The notes below the pieces were generated by a model. It made no database searches. It was not told the origin of the DNA and worked only from the letters and a program-made list of their open reading frames with translations. Made by a program: the position numbers and the translations under genes. From an uncultured Candidatus Saccharibacteria bacterium (GTDB lineage Bacteria; Patescibacteriota; Andersenbacteria; UBA10190): a stretch of DNA of 64,000 bases. This document shows positions 9,473 to 18,968 of this stretch, piece by piece (the first letter of the stretch is position 1; the number at the start of each line of letters is the position of its first letter). The stretch lies in contig CAYJKV010000001.1 in assembly GCA_964371255.1 (NCBI GenBank), positions 163,140 to 227,139 of the forward strand, written 5' to 3'.

Positions 9473-10747
9473 ATGAAGCCTTTGGCAGCCCGCAGCCGTC
9501 CCATGGACTGGAACGGCTTTATCGGTCATGACAAAGTGGTTGGGCGGGGGACGGGACTGAGAAAAGCTATCGAACAAGGAACGGCCGGGTCGTTGATATT
9601 GTGGGGACCGCCGGGTGTGGGCAAGACCACCTTGGCATATATTATTGCCAAGTACATGAGAGCCAAGGCGGAAAGAATTAGTGCCGTGGCAGCCGGCGTC
9701 AAGGAACTGCGGGTGGTGATTGATCGAGCGATCGAATGGCAAAAAATTGACCAGCGGACAGTTTTGTTGGTGGACGAAATTCATCGTTTCAACAAAGCGC
9801 AGCAAGATGTCTTGCTGCCATATGTGGAGGAAGGGCTGGTCACGTTGATTGGCGCGACCACAGAGAACCCCTATTTTGAAGTTATCGCCGCGCTGGTATC
9901 CCGAGCGGAAGTAGTGCGTTTGGAACGTCTAACAGACAAGGATGTGAGCCGAATAATAGACCGAGCGCTTAGGCAAGGAGCGGAAGACGCAAAAATTGTA
10001 ATGAGCGCACCGGCCAAGAAAGCCTTAGTGACTATGGCTGGTGGGGACGCGAGACGAGCCTTAAATATTTTAGAGAGAGCGTCTTTGGTCGGACGAGGCA
10101 AAAAAATTGAACAAAAGGATATTGAGTCAGCCGCACAACAATCGGTCGTGCATTATGACAAGGGCGGTGACGCGCATTACGATACGATTTCCGCGTTCAT
10201 AAAAAGTATGCGCGGGTCAGACGTGGACGCGGCGCTGTTTTATTTGTTTAGAATGCTAATGGCTGGGGAAGATCCTAAGTTTATAATGCGCCGGATGTTT
10301 ATTTTCGCGTCGGAGGATATTGGTAATGCCGATCCCCATGCTTTGATGGTAGCGGCGGGTGCGTCACAGGCGTTGCAATGGGTGGGGCTACCGGAAGCGG
10401 AATATGCTTTGGCCCACGCGGCTTGTTATTTAGCGGCCGCACCGAAGAGTAATAAAGTGAAAGTTGCCATGGAAAGAGTTAAGCAGGACGTTGTTCGGCA
10501 TGGCAACGCGGTGCCGCCCGGGCATATAACAAATGCGCCGATTGAAGGGATGAAGAAACACGGGAAAGGAGTTAATTATTTGTATCCGCATGACTGGCCG
10601 GAGGGACTTGTTAAGCAACAATATCGGCCGGATGTGGTGCAGGGGCATGTTTATTATGAGCCGGGGACAGAAGGGTTTGAGAAGGAAGTGAAGAGGAGAG
10701 TGGATAAGGCGAGGGAAATACTTTTCATAAATCCCAATGGCCAATGA
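9473..10747 (+). CDS. rarA: Replication-associated recombination protein A (RarA/MgsA AAA+ ATPase)
   Basis: Walker A LWGPPGVGKTTLA, Walker B LLVDEIHRFNK and the MgsA C-terminal domain. The start was chosen at ATG 9473 (MKPLAARSRPMDW...), preceded by GGGAGAG. The ORF-track start at 9398 is a probable over-extension. Confidence 0.88.
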   Translation: MKPLAARSRPMDWNGFIGHDKVVGRGTGLRKAIEQGTAGSLILWGPPGVGKTTLAYIIAKYMRAKAERISAVAAGVKELRVVIDRAIEWQKIDQRTVLLVDEIHRFNKAQQDVLLPYVEEGLVTLIGATTENPYFEVIAALVSRAEVVRLERLTDKDVSRIIDRALRQGAEDAKIVMSAPAKKALVTMAGGDARRALNILERASLVGRGKKIEQKDIESAAQQSVVHYDKGGDAHYDTISAFIKSMRGSDVDAALFYLFRMLMAGEDPKFIMRRMFIFASEDIGNADPHALMVAAGASQALQWVGLPEAEYALAHAACYLAAAPKSNKVKVAMERVKQDVVRHGNAVPPGHITNAPIEGMKKHGKGVNYLYPHDWPEGLVKQQYRPDVVQGHVYYEPGTEGFEKEVKRRVDKAREILFINPNGQ

Positions 10748-10827
10748 CCAATTCCCAATCAAGTTCCAAGTCCCAAATCCCAATGACCGATCTATAACCA
10801 AATTATAAATCCTAAAACCTTAAATCC
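10741..10827 (+). repeat. G-poor C/A-rich degenerate short-unit repeat (units like AATCCCAAT / CCAATGACCAA), begins in the last codons of rarA
   Basis: ccaatgaccaattcccaatcaagttccaagtcccaaatcccaatgacc..., a strong C>G skew. Confidence 0.6.
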
Positions 10828-10848
10828 TTCCTAGGGGATCCCTTCGGG
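10828..10848 (+). promoter_or_regulatory. Conserved 3'-UTR motif TTCC(C)TA(A/G)GGGATCCCTTCGGG, copy 1 (about 80 nt after the rarA stop)
   Basis: Shares a 12 bp palindrome-like core around GGATCC plus a CCC-UUCG-GGG tetraloop hairpin with the copies at 49782 and 63294. Confidence 0.55.
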
Positions 10849-11107
10849 AGAAACAAATATAAAATAAGGGAAAATGCAAAACGACAAGCGCAAAGCAACA
10901 ACGTAAAACCTAAGACTACCAGAGGTTTTTCAAATGACTATAGCGCAGACTGGAAATAATAGATTGTTATATAAAGTCTTTGTATAGTTCTAATTAGCGT
11001 CGAAGAAGTTGACAAGTAGGTATAATTAGAGTATGATTTAGCGTTAATTTTGGACAGTACCTTTTATTTCATTGTGGTATTAGCCACAGCCGAGAGCTTT
11101 ATTTTTC

Positions 11108-11136
11108 CCCATGTCCACCTCCGGGGTGGACATGGG
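11108..11136. promoter_or_regulatory. Perfect 12 bp-arm palindrome CCCATGTCCACC-tccgg-GGTGGACATGGG preceded by a T-run, about 135 bp upstream of the atypical gene at 11272
   Basis: Read directly. A second copy is at 48664..48692. Confidence 0.6.
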
Positions 11137-11271
11137 AAACATGGTGCGGAGAGATGCGAGATAAAAAGTTCTCTGCTGTGGCTAAGTTATGTGGCTTGTC
11201 TTTACAGCAGTTTTCTGAATCCGCAACGATGTTCATCGGAACAATGTTGCACTGCACAAAGGAGCGGAACT

Positions 11272-11862
11272 ATGGACAATGAGCTGATGCTCGATGTCGG
11301 TCAAGCGAATGAGTTCAAGTTGGCGTGCCGAAGAGCGGGGTATACGAATGGAGATATCAAGCGGATGTGCGAGGGAGACATACTCGAGCGGATTCTGCCG
11401 GTTGTTCGCGGCCAAGCCGAAATGACACAGGTAACACACACTATCGACCTCGATGCCGATCCGCTCATCCCCTACGAAGGATGGAAGGTGGAAGAGCACC
11501 GGAAAGGCGGCCAGTTCACCTGGGATCCTGAAGTGGTCAAACTGTACCTGTTCCCAAACCAAAGGGGCGACAAGAGCATTAGGGGGCATGAACTGCGCAA
11601 GGAGCTGGCAGGCCAGATGGTGTTCAACGCCAACCTGCTGGATTATCTGCTGGACCATCCCCACCTCATCCCGGAAGCGTGGAAGGCAGATGAAAACGGA
11701 GATACCAGCTACATCTACTTTTGGGGAACAGTGTACCAGGACTCCGTCGGTAGCCTCTGTGTCCGGTGCCTGTATTTCAATAGGGGTCGCTGGAAGCAGA
11801 GCTTCGGCTGGCTCGGCCATGATTGGGGTCGTGTTAGGCCGGCTGCTGTCGGGGCAAGTTAG
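11272..11862 (+). CDS. Hypothetical protein, compositionally atypical (about 57% GC, different codon usage), Trp/Gly-rich C-terminus (YIYFWGTVY...GRWKQSFGWLGHDWG)
   Basis: ATG at 11272 is preceded by a strong SD (AAAGGAGcggaactATG), unlike most neighbouring genes. The in-frame upstream extension to 11050 in the ORF track runs through a 12 bp-arm palindrome and is unlikely to be coding. Confidence 0.6.
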   Translation: MDNELMLDVGQANEFKLACRRAGYTNGDIKRMCEGDILERILPVVRGQAEMTQVTHTIDLDADPLIPYEGWKVEEHRKGGQFTWDPEVVKLYLFPNQRGDKSIRGHELRKELAGQMVFNANLLDYLLDHPHLIPEAWKADENGDTSYIYFWGTVYQDSVGSLCVRCLYFNRGRWKQSFGWLGHDWGRVRPAAVGAS

Positions 11863-11930
11863 TTCTTTGGACTTGGTATTTTACCCTGGCCTTGGGAAAT
11901 TTGTTCTTAGTCTTTGCGGTAAGCAAGTTT

Positions 11931-11973
11931 GAGCCTGATGTAATTTGAAAAAATTGCAGCGGGCTCTTTTTTT
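11931..11973 (+). terminator. Rho-independent terminator candidate after the 11272 gene (compound hairpin GAGCCTG...CAGCGGGCTC followed by T7)
   Basis: gagcctgatgtaatttgaaaaaattgcagcgggctcttttttt. Confidence 0.5.
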
Positions 11974-12085
11974 GTGCGATATTTAATAGCAAGATTCAAA
12001 ACTCCACAGGAAATGTCTTAAGAAAGGTATTTTGTGGGTTTATGGGGCTTTAGTATATAGTGGAGGGGTAGTTATTATTTTACAT

Positions 12086-14533
12086 ATGGATGAATACGAT
12101 TTTAAGATAATTGAAGCTAAGTGGCAGAAACGGTGGGAGGAGGAGAAGCTATTTGCACCGCGGGAGGAAACACCGGGAAGAAAAATGTATGTATTGGATA
12201 TGTTTCCTTATCCATCGGGGGATGGATTGCATGTCGGGCATGTGAAGATTTACACTGCCTCCGATGTGGTATCGCGGTATTTACGGATGAAAGGGATGAA
12301 TGTCTTGCATCCGACCGGGTGGGATGCGTTTGGACTGCCGACGGAAAATACGGCCATTAAGAAGAAAATCCATCCAGCTGTTTTAACCAAACAGAATATT
12401 GAAAGGTTTAAGAAGCAGATGCAGGCTGTGGGATATTCTTATGACTGGGAACGTGAAATAAACACTTCTGATCCGGACTATTATCGATGGACGCAATGGA
12501 TCTTCACTAAATTGTTCGATATGGGTTTAGCTTACGAGGCGACGATACCCATTAACTGGTGTCCGAGCTGTAAGACAGGTTTAGCGAACGAGGAAGTGGA
12601 AGGCGGCGTTTGCGAAAGGTGCAAGACAGCCGTGGTCAAGAAACCCATCAGGCAGTGGATGCTAAAAATTACCAAGTACGCCGACCGGTTATTGCAGGGA
12701 ATAGATGGTTTGGATTGGCCGGAGGCGATTCTGGAAATGCAGCGTAACTGGGTTGGACGAAGTGAAGGGGCTGAAGTGGATTTTAGAGTGGAAGGCAGCG
12801 ATGAAACCATCAAGGTGTTCACGACCAGGCTGGATACGATTCACGGCGCGACATATTTAGTCGTGGCGCCGGAGCATGAATTGGTTATAAAGTTGCTGAG
12901 CGATCAAGGGCAAGGGATTGTGTTGGCCAATAAGGAGGAGGCGCAAGCTTACGTCACGCAGGTAAAGGACCGCAGCGACCGGGACAGGGTGGCGGAAGGG
13001 AAGAAAAAATCCGGAGTGGAACTAAAGGGGGTAACCGTTATTAATCCTGTTAATCACCAGCCAATGCCGGTATGGATAGCAGACTATGTGCTGGGGGGGT
13101 ATGGGACAGGCGCGGTGATGGCGGTGCCGGCTCATGACGAACGGGACTTTTTGTTTGCTAATGAATATAAGCTGCCGATTGTCCAGGTTATACAACCAAA
13201 ATTAGCGCAGAGCGGCGCACAGTTGCCTTATACCAGCGAGGGAATTTTGATTAACGCCGGTGATCAAAGTGGGCTGAAAAGCGAAGCCGCTCGGGAGGTA
13301 TTGGTTAAGGTGCTGCAACTAAAAGGGTTGGGACGGAAAAAGGTCAATTATTTCCTACGGGATTGGGTTTTTTCGAGACAACGCTACTGGGGAGAACCGA
13401 TTCCGATAATCCATTGTGAAGAATGTGGCGCGGTGGCGGTGCCTGAAGATGAGTTACCGGTTAAACTGCCCGAGCTTAAAGAATTTGAGCCAACTGGAAC
13501 CGGTGAGTCGCCCTTGGCTGCGGCTGAGGATTGGATAAAAGTCAAATGTCCAAACTGCCCGCGCATAGGCCGAAGGGAAACGAATACTATGCCCCAATGG
13601 GCGGGATCAAGCTGGTATTGGCTGCGTTATTTGGATCCAAAAAATCAGGCAGCATTGGCCAATCGGGACGAGATGGACAAATGGCTGCCGGTAGACTTAT
13701 ACGTGGGTGGGGCGGAACACGCTGTCTTGCATTTACTCTATGCCAGGTTTTGGAACATGGTGTTATTTGATCAGGGAGTGGTAGCACATGAGGAGCCGTT
13801 CACGCGTTTTAGAACAGTCGGGTTGCTGTTGGGGGAGGATGGACAAAAAATGAGCAAGTCGCGCGGGAATGTGATTAATCCTGACACCGTCATTAGCAGA
13901 GTGGGGGCGGACGCGCTGCGCGTTTACGTGATGTTTATGGGTCCTTTCAGCAATGCCATGCCGTGGAGCGAAGCTAGTTTGAATGGAGTGAATCGATTTT
14001 TACGTCGGGTATGGCAGAGGGTTAACACGCTGCTCGATAAGCTGACGGAAGAAGATACGGGAGAAATGAATTATGTTTTGCACGATACGATCAGGCGTGT
14101 GTCAGAAGGAATTGAGCAATTCAAATTCAATACCGCCGTGGCCGCTTTAATGGAAATGTTAAATAAGTTGGAGACCATACAAACGGTGCCGCGCATTGTC
14201 TTGGAGGACTTTGTGGTCATGCTGGCACCCTTGGCTCCACATTTGGCGGAAGAGTTGTGGGAGAAATTGGGACATCCGGAATCGTTAACATATCGGGCAT
14301 GGCCGAAGTTGAACCAAGCTGTCTTGGCTGATGCCAAAAAACGGATGGCCGTGCAGGTGAATGGCAAGGTGAGAGGCGAAATTGATGCAATGCCTGGTAT
14401 GGCGCAGAGTAAGGCGGAAGAGATGGCACGTTTGGATAAAAATGTGTCGAAGCATTTAGGGGCGGGCGTTGTGAAAAAGGTGATTTATATTGAAGGACGC
14501 ATGCTTAATTTTGTAGTTGAAAACAAAGCATAA
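12086..14533 (+). CDS. leuS: Leucyl-tRNA synthetase
   Basis: HVGH-type motif (PYPSGDGLHVGHVKIYTASDV), KMSKS (GQKMSKSRGN) and the LeuRS editing domain. The start was moved to ATG 12086 (MDEYDFKIIEAKWQKRWEE). Confidence 0.95.
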   Translation: MDEYDFKIIEAKWQKRWEEEKLFAPREETPGRKMYVLDMFPYPSGDGLHVGHVKIYTASDVVSRYLRMKGMNVLHPTGWDAFGLPTENTAIKKKIHPAVLTKQNIERFKKQMQAVGYSYDWEREINTSDPDYYRWTQWIFTKLFDMGLAYEATIPINWCPSCKTGLANEEVEGGVCERCKTAVVKKPIRQWMLKITKYADRLLQGIDGLDWPEAILEMQRNWVGRSEGAEVDFRVEGSDETIKVFTTRLDTIHGATYLVVAPEHELVIKLLSDQGQGIVLANKEEAQAYVTQVKDRSDRDRVAEGKKKSGVELKGVTVINPVNHQPMPVWIADYVLGGYGTGAVMAVPAHDERDFLFANEYKLPIVQVIQPKLAQSGAQLPYTSEGILINAGDQSGLKSEAAREVLVKVLQLKGLGRKKVNYFLRDWVFSRQRYWGEPIPIIHCEECGAVAVPEDELPVKLPELKEFEPTGTGESPLAAAEDWIKVKCPNCPRIGRRETNTMPQWAGSSWYWLRYLDPKNQAALANRDEMDKWLPVDLYVGGAEHAVLHLLYARFWNMVLFDQGVVAHEEPFTRFRTVGLLLGEDGQKMSKSRGNVINPDTVISRVGADALRVYVMFMGPFSNAMPWSEASLNGVNRFLRRVWQRVNTLLDKLTEEDTGEMNYVLHDTIRRVSEGIEQFKFNTAVAALMEMLNKLETIQTVPRIVLEDFVVMLAPLAPHLAEELWEKLGHPESLTYRAWPKLNQAVLADAKKRMAVQVNGKVRGEIDAMPGMAQSKAEEMARLDKNVSKHLGAGVVKKVIYIEGRMLNFVVENKA

Positions 14534-14578
14534 AATGAAGTAGGTTGGCGGTAAGAGCGGAATGAAAGAGGAGAATGA

Positions 14579-17500
14579 ATGGGGTACACTGGTAATATGT
14601 CCGTGCATAAAGCGAGGATGAAAATTAAATACGGTCCACGGGCCGGATATCTTTGGTCATCATTACGATGGAGTGCGACTGTAATACTGTTTTGTTTATT
14701 GCTGGTGGGCGGGTTTCGCTATTTAACGACTAGCCGACAGGCCGGTGCATTAGATTTCACCACTCATTTGTTGAGTGGTGACACAACAGCCGTAGGTGTT
14801 TTGAGTGTCGAGGCGACCGATATTGATGATGACGGTGATATTGACGTTATCACGTGCGGCAAAGACGGTTTAAAAGTTTATACCCAGTCTACCGGCGTGA
14901 CGTTCGGAGCCAAGCTGATAGACGACAAAGCTTGTGAACGGGTGGTGGTGGCAGACCTGGATAAAGATGGGGCCAGCGATTTATTGTTGACGATGTGGGG
15001 AACGCAGCCGAGCGTGCGATGGTACCGTAACACGGGTAACGTGGAATTCTCCGGCACGAATATCGGGACGGGATCGGATGGCAAGGCAGCGGTGGGAGAC
15101 GTGGATGGTGATGGGGCGCTGGATGTCGTGGCGGCCACTACGCAAGGGTCGTTGGTGGTATTGGAACGATGGATGAACAATGGCAGCGGCACTTTCACGT
15201 CAACGCAATTGTCGGCAGACAGCGGGGTGCAAGCGATAGCTATTGGTGACGTAGACGGCAATGGTTTTCGGGATATTGTGACTAGCGGGTCACAGGGTCT
15301 GCAGCGCTGGCACACGTCTGATGGGTTAACATTCTCGCGGATAGACTTGGATGACGCGCATACCGGCCAAAGGCATTTGGCGATCGCGGATATGAATAAT
15401 GACAATAAGACTGATATCATAGCCGCGGAACCGGGCGGTAACCAAGTAATATATTATCGGAACATAGATGAGTGGGCATTCCAGCGGATTGATATTGGTT
15501 CGGACATTGATGCTGCGACGGTGCAGGCAGTTGATTTAGACGAAGATGGTGATGGTGATGTTTTGGTAGCGGCTCAGGATGACAACCAAATTGCTTGGCT
15601 GGAAAATGATGGCAGCGATTCATTCACTAAACGGACGATTGCCGAGGGGTTACAAAGCATTTTCGGCGTGAAAGCGATTGACCTGGATAATGATAATGAT
15701 TTAGACGTAATCGGCGGTAATCACATGCGGGGCACTGTGTACTGGTATGAACGAGTGGTGGCGAAGCCGGTAGCCAGTAAACCAGCTAATATCGAACAGA
15801 GTACTGACGGTAAAGGTATTATTACTTTTTCAACCGCTATCTCAGACGGGGACTTTGATGCGACACGAATACGTGTGCAATATTCGATTGATGGCGTGAA
15901 TTGGTATAAGCCATGGTTAACCGCTGCCTCGCCGTCCGCCGGAACGGTGAATTTAAAAAACAGCCACGGTTATCAGGTTGGGACAACTAATGCGATTGAT
16001 ACAAATAGCAATAGCTCGGTTACGATCACCATGAAATGGGACACTAAGTCGGCGGAAAACACCGGCGGGCCAATTAGCGGCGAGCAATCAGCTGTCCGCC
16101 TGAGAATTATTCCGCGTGATGGGGTAGGGAATGGGGCAACAAGCGACAGCGATGTTTTTGAAATAGATAACCGGGGGCCATCAGCTTCGGGGGTGACGGT
16201 AGAACAACTAAGCAGCGACTCTGTGTATTTGGACTGGGGAAAGGTGGCAGACAGTAGCGGGGTGAGTTTCCAAGTCTATTACGGAACAGATGCCGCCAAG
16301 GTGCTAACTAAAGACTCGGATATCTGGGATACCAGTGACGATGAAGCAATGAGCGACCTGGATAGTACGGGGACAACGGTTACGGGCTTAGTAGCAAATA
16401 CACTGTATACCTTTAAGCTGGTTATGGAGGATGCCTTTGGGAACGAGACTAGCCTGGGCAGCGTCAGTGGTCGGACGACTGCCGACGGGAGCGATGCCGT
16501 GATAGAAACTCCGAGTATATCGCCCGTCATTACCACAATTGTTGTGCCGTCCGCAATACCGATGCCGGAAGCTTCACCTTTACCGAGCAGCGAACCAAGC
16601 GTGGAGCCGTCGCCGGAGGCAACCGTGGTGGCCTCACCGACACCGGAAACGGAAGGGGAAAACTTGCCGCCGAGAGCGGAGGCGGGTAAGGATTTGGTGG
16701 TGAATAGCGGTCAGTTGGTAATTTTAGACGGCACAGGATCCAGGGATCCGGAAGGCGCTTCGTTGGTGTATAGTTGGCGCCAAGTAGTCGGCAAGCCGGT
16801 CAGTTTGTCATCAAGCAATACGGCAACCCCGTCCTTTACAGCAGAACATGAGGACGATTCGTATGTCTTCGCCTTGACCGTTCGGGACATTGGCGGACGA
16901 GTAGCCACCGACACGGTCACGGTTGTTACCAGACCGCCATTGGCGCCTATTACCAAACAACAAAATTTGTCGCCCGAGGAGCAAATGATCGACGTCCCAT
17001 TTATTGTGAGCGGGTTATTGGCACCGGCAAACTATGCCCTGTTATTACTATCTTTTTTTGTGACCGGTGTAGGGGGGCATGGACGAGTTCCCGACCTTTT
17101 CATGCTGAAAATAAAACAAGTAATGAATCAGAGAAAAAAAACGAAAGGACGGCGCGGCGGGCATGTTATAAGGGTTGTGGATGCGCAAACCGGGCGCAGA
17201 TTGGCTGGTATAAAGTTAGTGGTGAAAGGGATGGATGACAAAATATGGAGTAAGGCGATCACAACAGAACAAGGAGAAGCGGCAATGCAGCTACCGGTCG
17301 GTCAGTATCGGGTGCAGTTAAAAGAGGATGTTTATTCATTTACTCCGGCGGGATCAAAAATCCCGGTGCAGCCTGGGGAAGTGGTTTACGCGGGCGGTAA
17401 TTTGCAAGTGAAGCGGCAGGATGAACCGATGACAATTCTGGTACCGTTGAAGCGAGCAGGCGGAGAAATTAAGTCCTGGCGAATGTCAATTCTAAAGAGT

Positions 17501-17968
17501 TGGCAATTTGTGCAACGACGAAGCCACCTATTAGCATGGCCGGTATATATAGCTGGGTCAGGCTTGAATACAATATTGTTATTGTGGGTGCCACAGCTGC
17601 AATGCCTGATTATTGAAATTATTTATATCGTACTAGTGTTGATAAAAGTTTGGATGGAAGTGAGACAAACCCCATCTTATGGAGTGGTGCGGGACGCGAT
17701 CTCTAGGGTGCCACTTGATCTGGCAGTAGTACGTCTGTATGAAGAGAAATCAAACAAATTGGTGTTAACCAGGGCAACCAATGGACAAGGAAAATTTTTC
17801 GCCTTACCTCCCTCCGGTCTATATACAGTGACGGTGACGAAGCCCGGTTATGCCACCTTCACTAAACATGGGGTGGCGGTAGGCCGGGAACAAAATACCG
17901 CTATGCAGATTCAAACTGATTTGATGCCGGTTGTGCCGAAGGTCAGACCAATGATGGCGATGGGATAG
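14579..17968 (+). CDS. Giant cell-surface protein: N-terminal TM, FG-GAP/VCBS-type beta-propeller repeats, FN3/PKD-like domains, Pro/Ser/Glu linker, TM segments, C-terminal carboxypeptidase-regulatory-like beta-sandwich domains
   Basis: Repeated DxDxDGxxD motifs (DIDDDGDIDVI, DLDKDGASDLL, VGDVDGDGALDVV, IGDVDGNGFRDIV, DLDEDGDGDVL, DLDNDNDLDVI). PKD-like segment (SWRQVVGKPVSLSSSNTATPSFTAE). CarbopepD_reg-like segments (GLYTVTVTKPGYATF). Confidence 0.78.
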   Translation: MGYTGNMSVHKARMKIKYGPRAGYLWSSLRWSATVILFCLLLVGGFRYLTTSRQAGALDFTTHLLSGDTTAVGVLSVEATDIDDDGDIDVITCGKDGLKVYTQSTGVTFGAKLIDDKACERVVVADLDKDGASDLLLTMWGTQPSVRWYRNTGNVEFSGTNIGTGSDGKAAVGDVDGDGALDVVAATTQGSLVVLERWMNNGSGTFTSTQLSADSGVQAIAIGDVDGNGFRDIVTSGSQGLQRWHTSDGLTFSRIDLDDAHTGQRHLAIADMNNDNKTDIIAAEPGGNQVIYYRNIDEWAFQRIDIGSDIDAATVQAVDLDEDGDGDVLVAAQDDNQIAWLENDGSDSFTKRTIAEGLQSIFGVKAIDLDNDNDLDVIGGNHMRGTVYWYERVVAKPVASKPANIEQSTDGKGIITFSTAISDGDFDATRIRVQYSIDGVNWYKPWLTAASPSAGTVNLKNSHGYQVGTTNAIDTNSNSSVTITMKWDTKSAENTGGPISGEQSAVRLRIIPRDGVGNGATSDSDVFEIDNRGPSASGVTVEQLSSDSVYLDWGKVADSSGVSFQVYYGTDAAKVLTKDSDIWDTSDDEAMSDLDSTGTTVTGLVANTLYTFKLVMEDAFGNETSLGSVSGRTTADGSDAVIETPSISPVITTIVVPSAIPMPEASPLPSSEPSVEPSPEATVVASPTPETEGENLPPRAEAGKDLVVNSGQLVILDGTGSRDPEGASLVYSWRQVVGKPVSLSSSNTATPSFTAEHEDDSYVFALTVRDIGGRVATDTVTVVTRPPLAPITKQQNLSPEEQMIDVPFIVSGLLAPANYALLLLSFFVTGVGGHGRVPDLFMLKIKQVMNQRKKTKGRRGGHVIRVVDAQTGRRLAGIKLVVKGMDDKIWSKAITTEQGEAAMQLPVGQYRVQLKEDVYSFTPAGSKIPVQPGEVVYAGGNLQVKRQDEPMTILVPLKRAGGEIKSWRMSILKSWQFVQRRSHLLAWPVYIAGSGLNTILLLWVPQLQCLIIEIIYIVLVLIKVWMEVRQTPSYGVVRDAISRVPLDLAVVRLYEEKSNKLVLTRATNGQGKFFALPPSGLYTVTVTKPGYATFTKHGVAVGREQNTAMQIQTDLMPVVPKVRPMMAMG

Positions 17969-17975
17969 ATAGGTT

Positions 17976-18075
17976 AGAAATCCCAATGACCAAGCTCCAA
18001 TGACCAAATAAACTTCAATCCCCAAGGCCTCAATAAATCCTAAAACCGAAATCACAAATCTGAAATAAATAAAAA
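17976..18075 (+). repeat. Same repeat family downstream of the giant surface-protein gene
   Basis: aaatcccaatgaccaagctccaatgaccaaataaacttcaatccccaagg...aaatcctaaaaccgaaatcacaaatc. Confidence 0.6.
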
Positions 18076-18165
18076 ATTCTAAACAGGTAGAATTATAAAA
18101 AGTAGCTGCTGGGTTGCTAAAGTGTGTAAAAATGTTAAAAAGAAAATAGTTATCATTAAGAATAT

Positions 18166-18879
18166 TTGTTTATGAAAGCAGTTGTTTTAGTGGCGGGAAA
18201 AGGGACGAGGATGGCTAAGCATTATGAAGGGCCGAAGCATTTACTGCCGGTCGCCGGTAAGACGGTAGTGGAGTATGCGCTGGACAATCTACCAAAGGAA
18301 ATTGACGGTTTAGTGATGGTGGTAGGCGGGCCGCATGAAGCGAAGATTAGGGAATTTTTCGCGGCAGGTGAGTACGGGGGCAGGCCGATTGAGTTTGTGG
18401 TGCAGAAAGAGCAACTGGGGCTGGCGCATGCGTTCAAGTGCGCCGCAGATTTGGTGGAAGGCCGATGGCTGGGCATGGTCGGTGATGACATTTTTGGTCC
18501 CAACGGGATGCAAGGTTTGGTTGAGAATGAGTTATCAGTGTTGGCATCGCGAGTAGAGCATCCGGAAAACTTTGGCGTATTGGTATCGGATGAAGAGGGT
18601 TATTTGGTGCGATCGGTAGAGAAGCCGAAAGAATTTATTTCCGATCTAGTATGGAATGGAGCGATGGTTATGGACAGATCTTTTTTTGAAAGTGACGTTG
18701 AACCATCGGCGAGGGGTGAGTATGAGACGCCGGATGTATGGATGGAATTAATTAAACAGGGGAGGAAAATTAAAGTGGTGGAAGCAGATTTTTGGTTGCC
18801 GATAAACGATAAGGAACAGTTAGAAGAAGCGGAGAAAATAATAGAGGAAATCCGAAAGCCGAAACCAAAGAAATCCTAA
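18166..18879 (+). CDS. Sugar-phosphate nucleotidyltransferase (NTP_transferase family, e.g. glucose-1-phosphate thymidylyl/uridylyltransferase-like)
   Basis: N-terminal VLVAGKGTRM (GxGTR signature) and a nucleotidyltransferase fold of about 230 aa. Confidence 0.82.
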   Translation: MFMKAVVLVAGKGTRMAKHYEGPKHLLPVAGKTVVEYALDNLPKEIDGLVMVVGGPHEAKIREFFAAGEYGGRPIEFVVQKEQLGLAHAFKCAADLVEGRWLGMVGDDIFGPNGMQGLVENELSVLASRVEHPENFGVLVSDEEGYLVRSVEKPKEFISDLVWNGAMVMDRSFFESDVEPSARGEYETPDVWMELIKQGRKIKVVEADFWLPINDKEQLEEAEKIIEEIRKPKPKKS

Positions 18880-18968
18880 ACAAATATGAAACCGTAAAAG
18901 TCCAAGGAAAAAAATATAAACGATAAATCAGTGTCAACACGATTAAAAATATCAAAAACCTAAAAAGT

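Noticed and set aside
11233-11820. Minus-strand 195 aa ORF overlapping the atypical gene
   Set aside because: The GC-rich segment yields long antisense frames, and the plus-strand frame has the strong SD and a downstream terminator.
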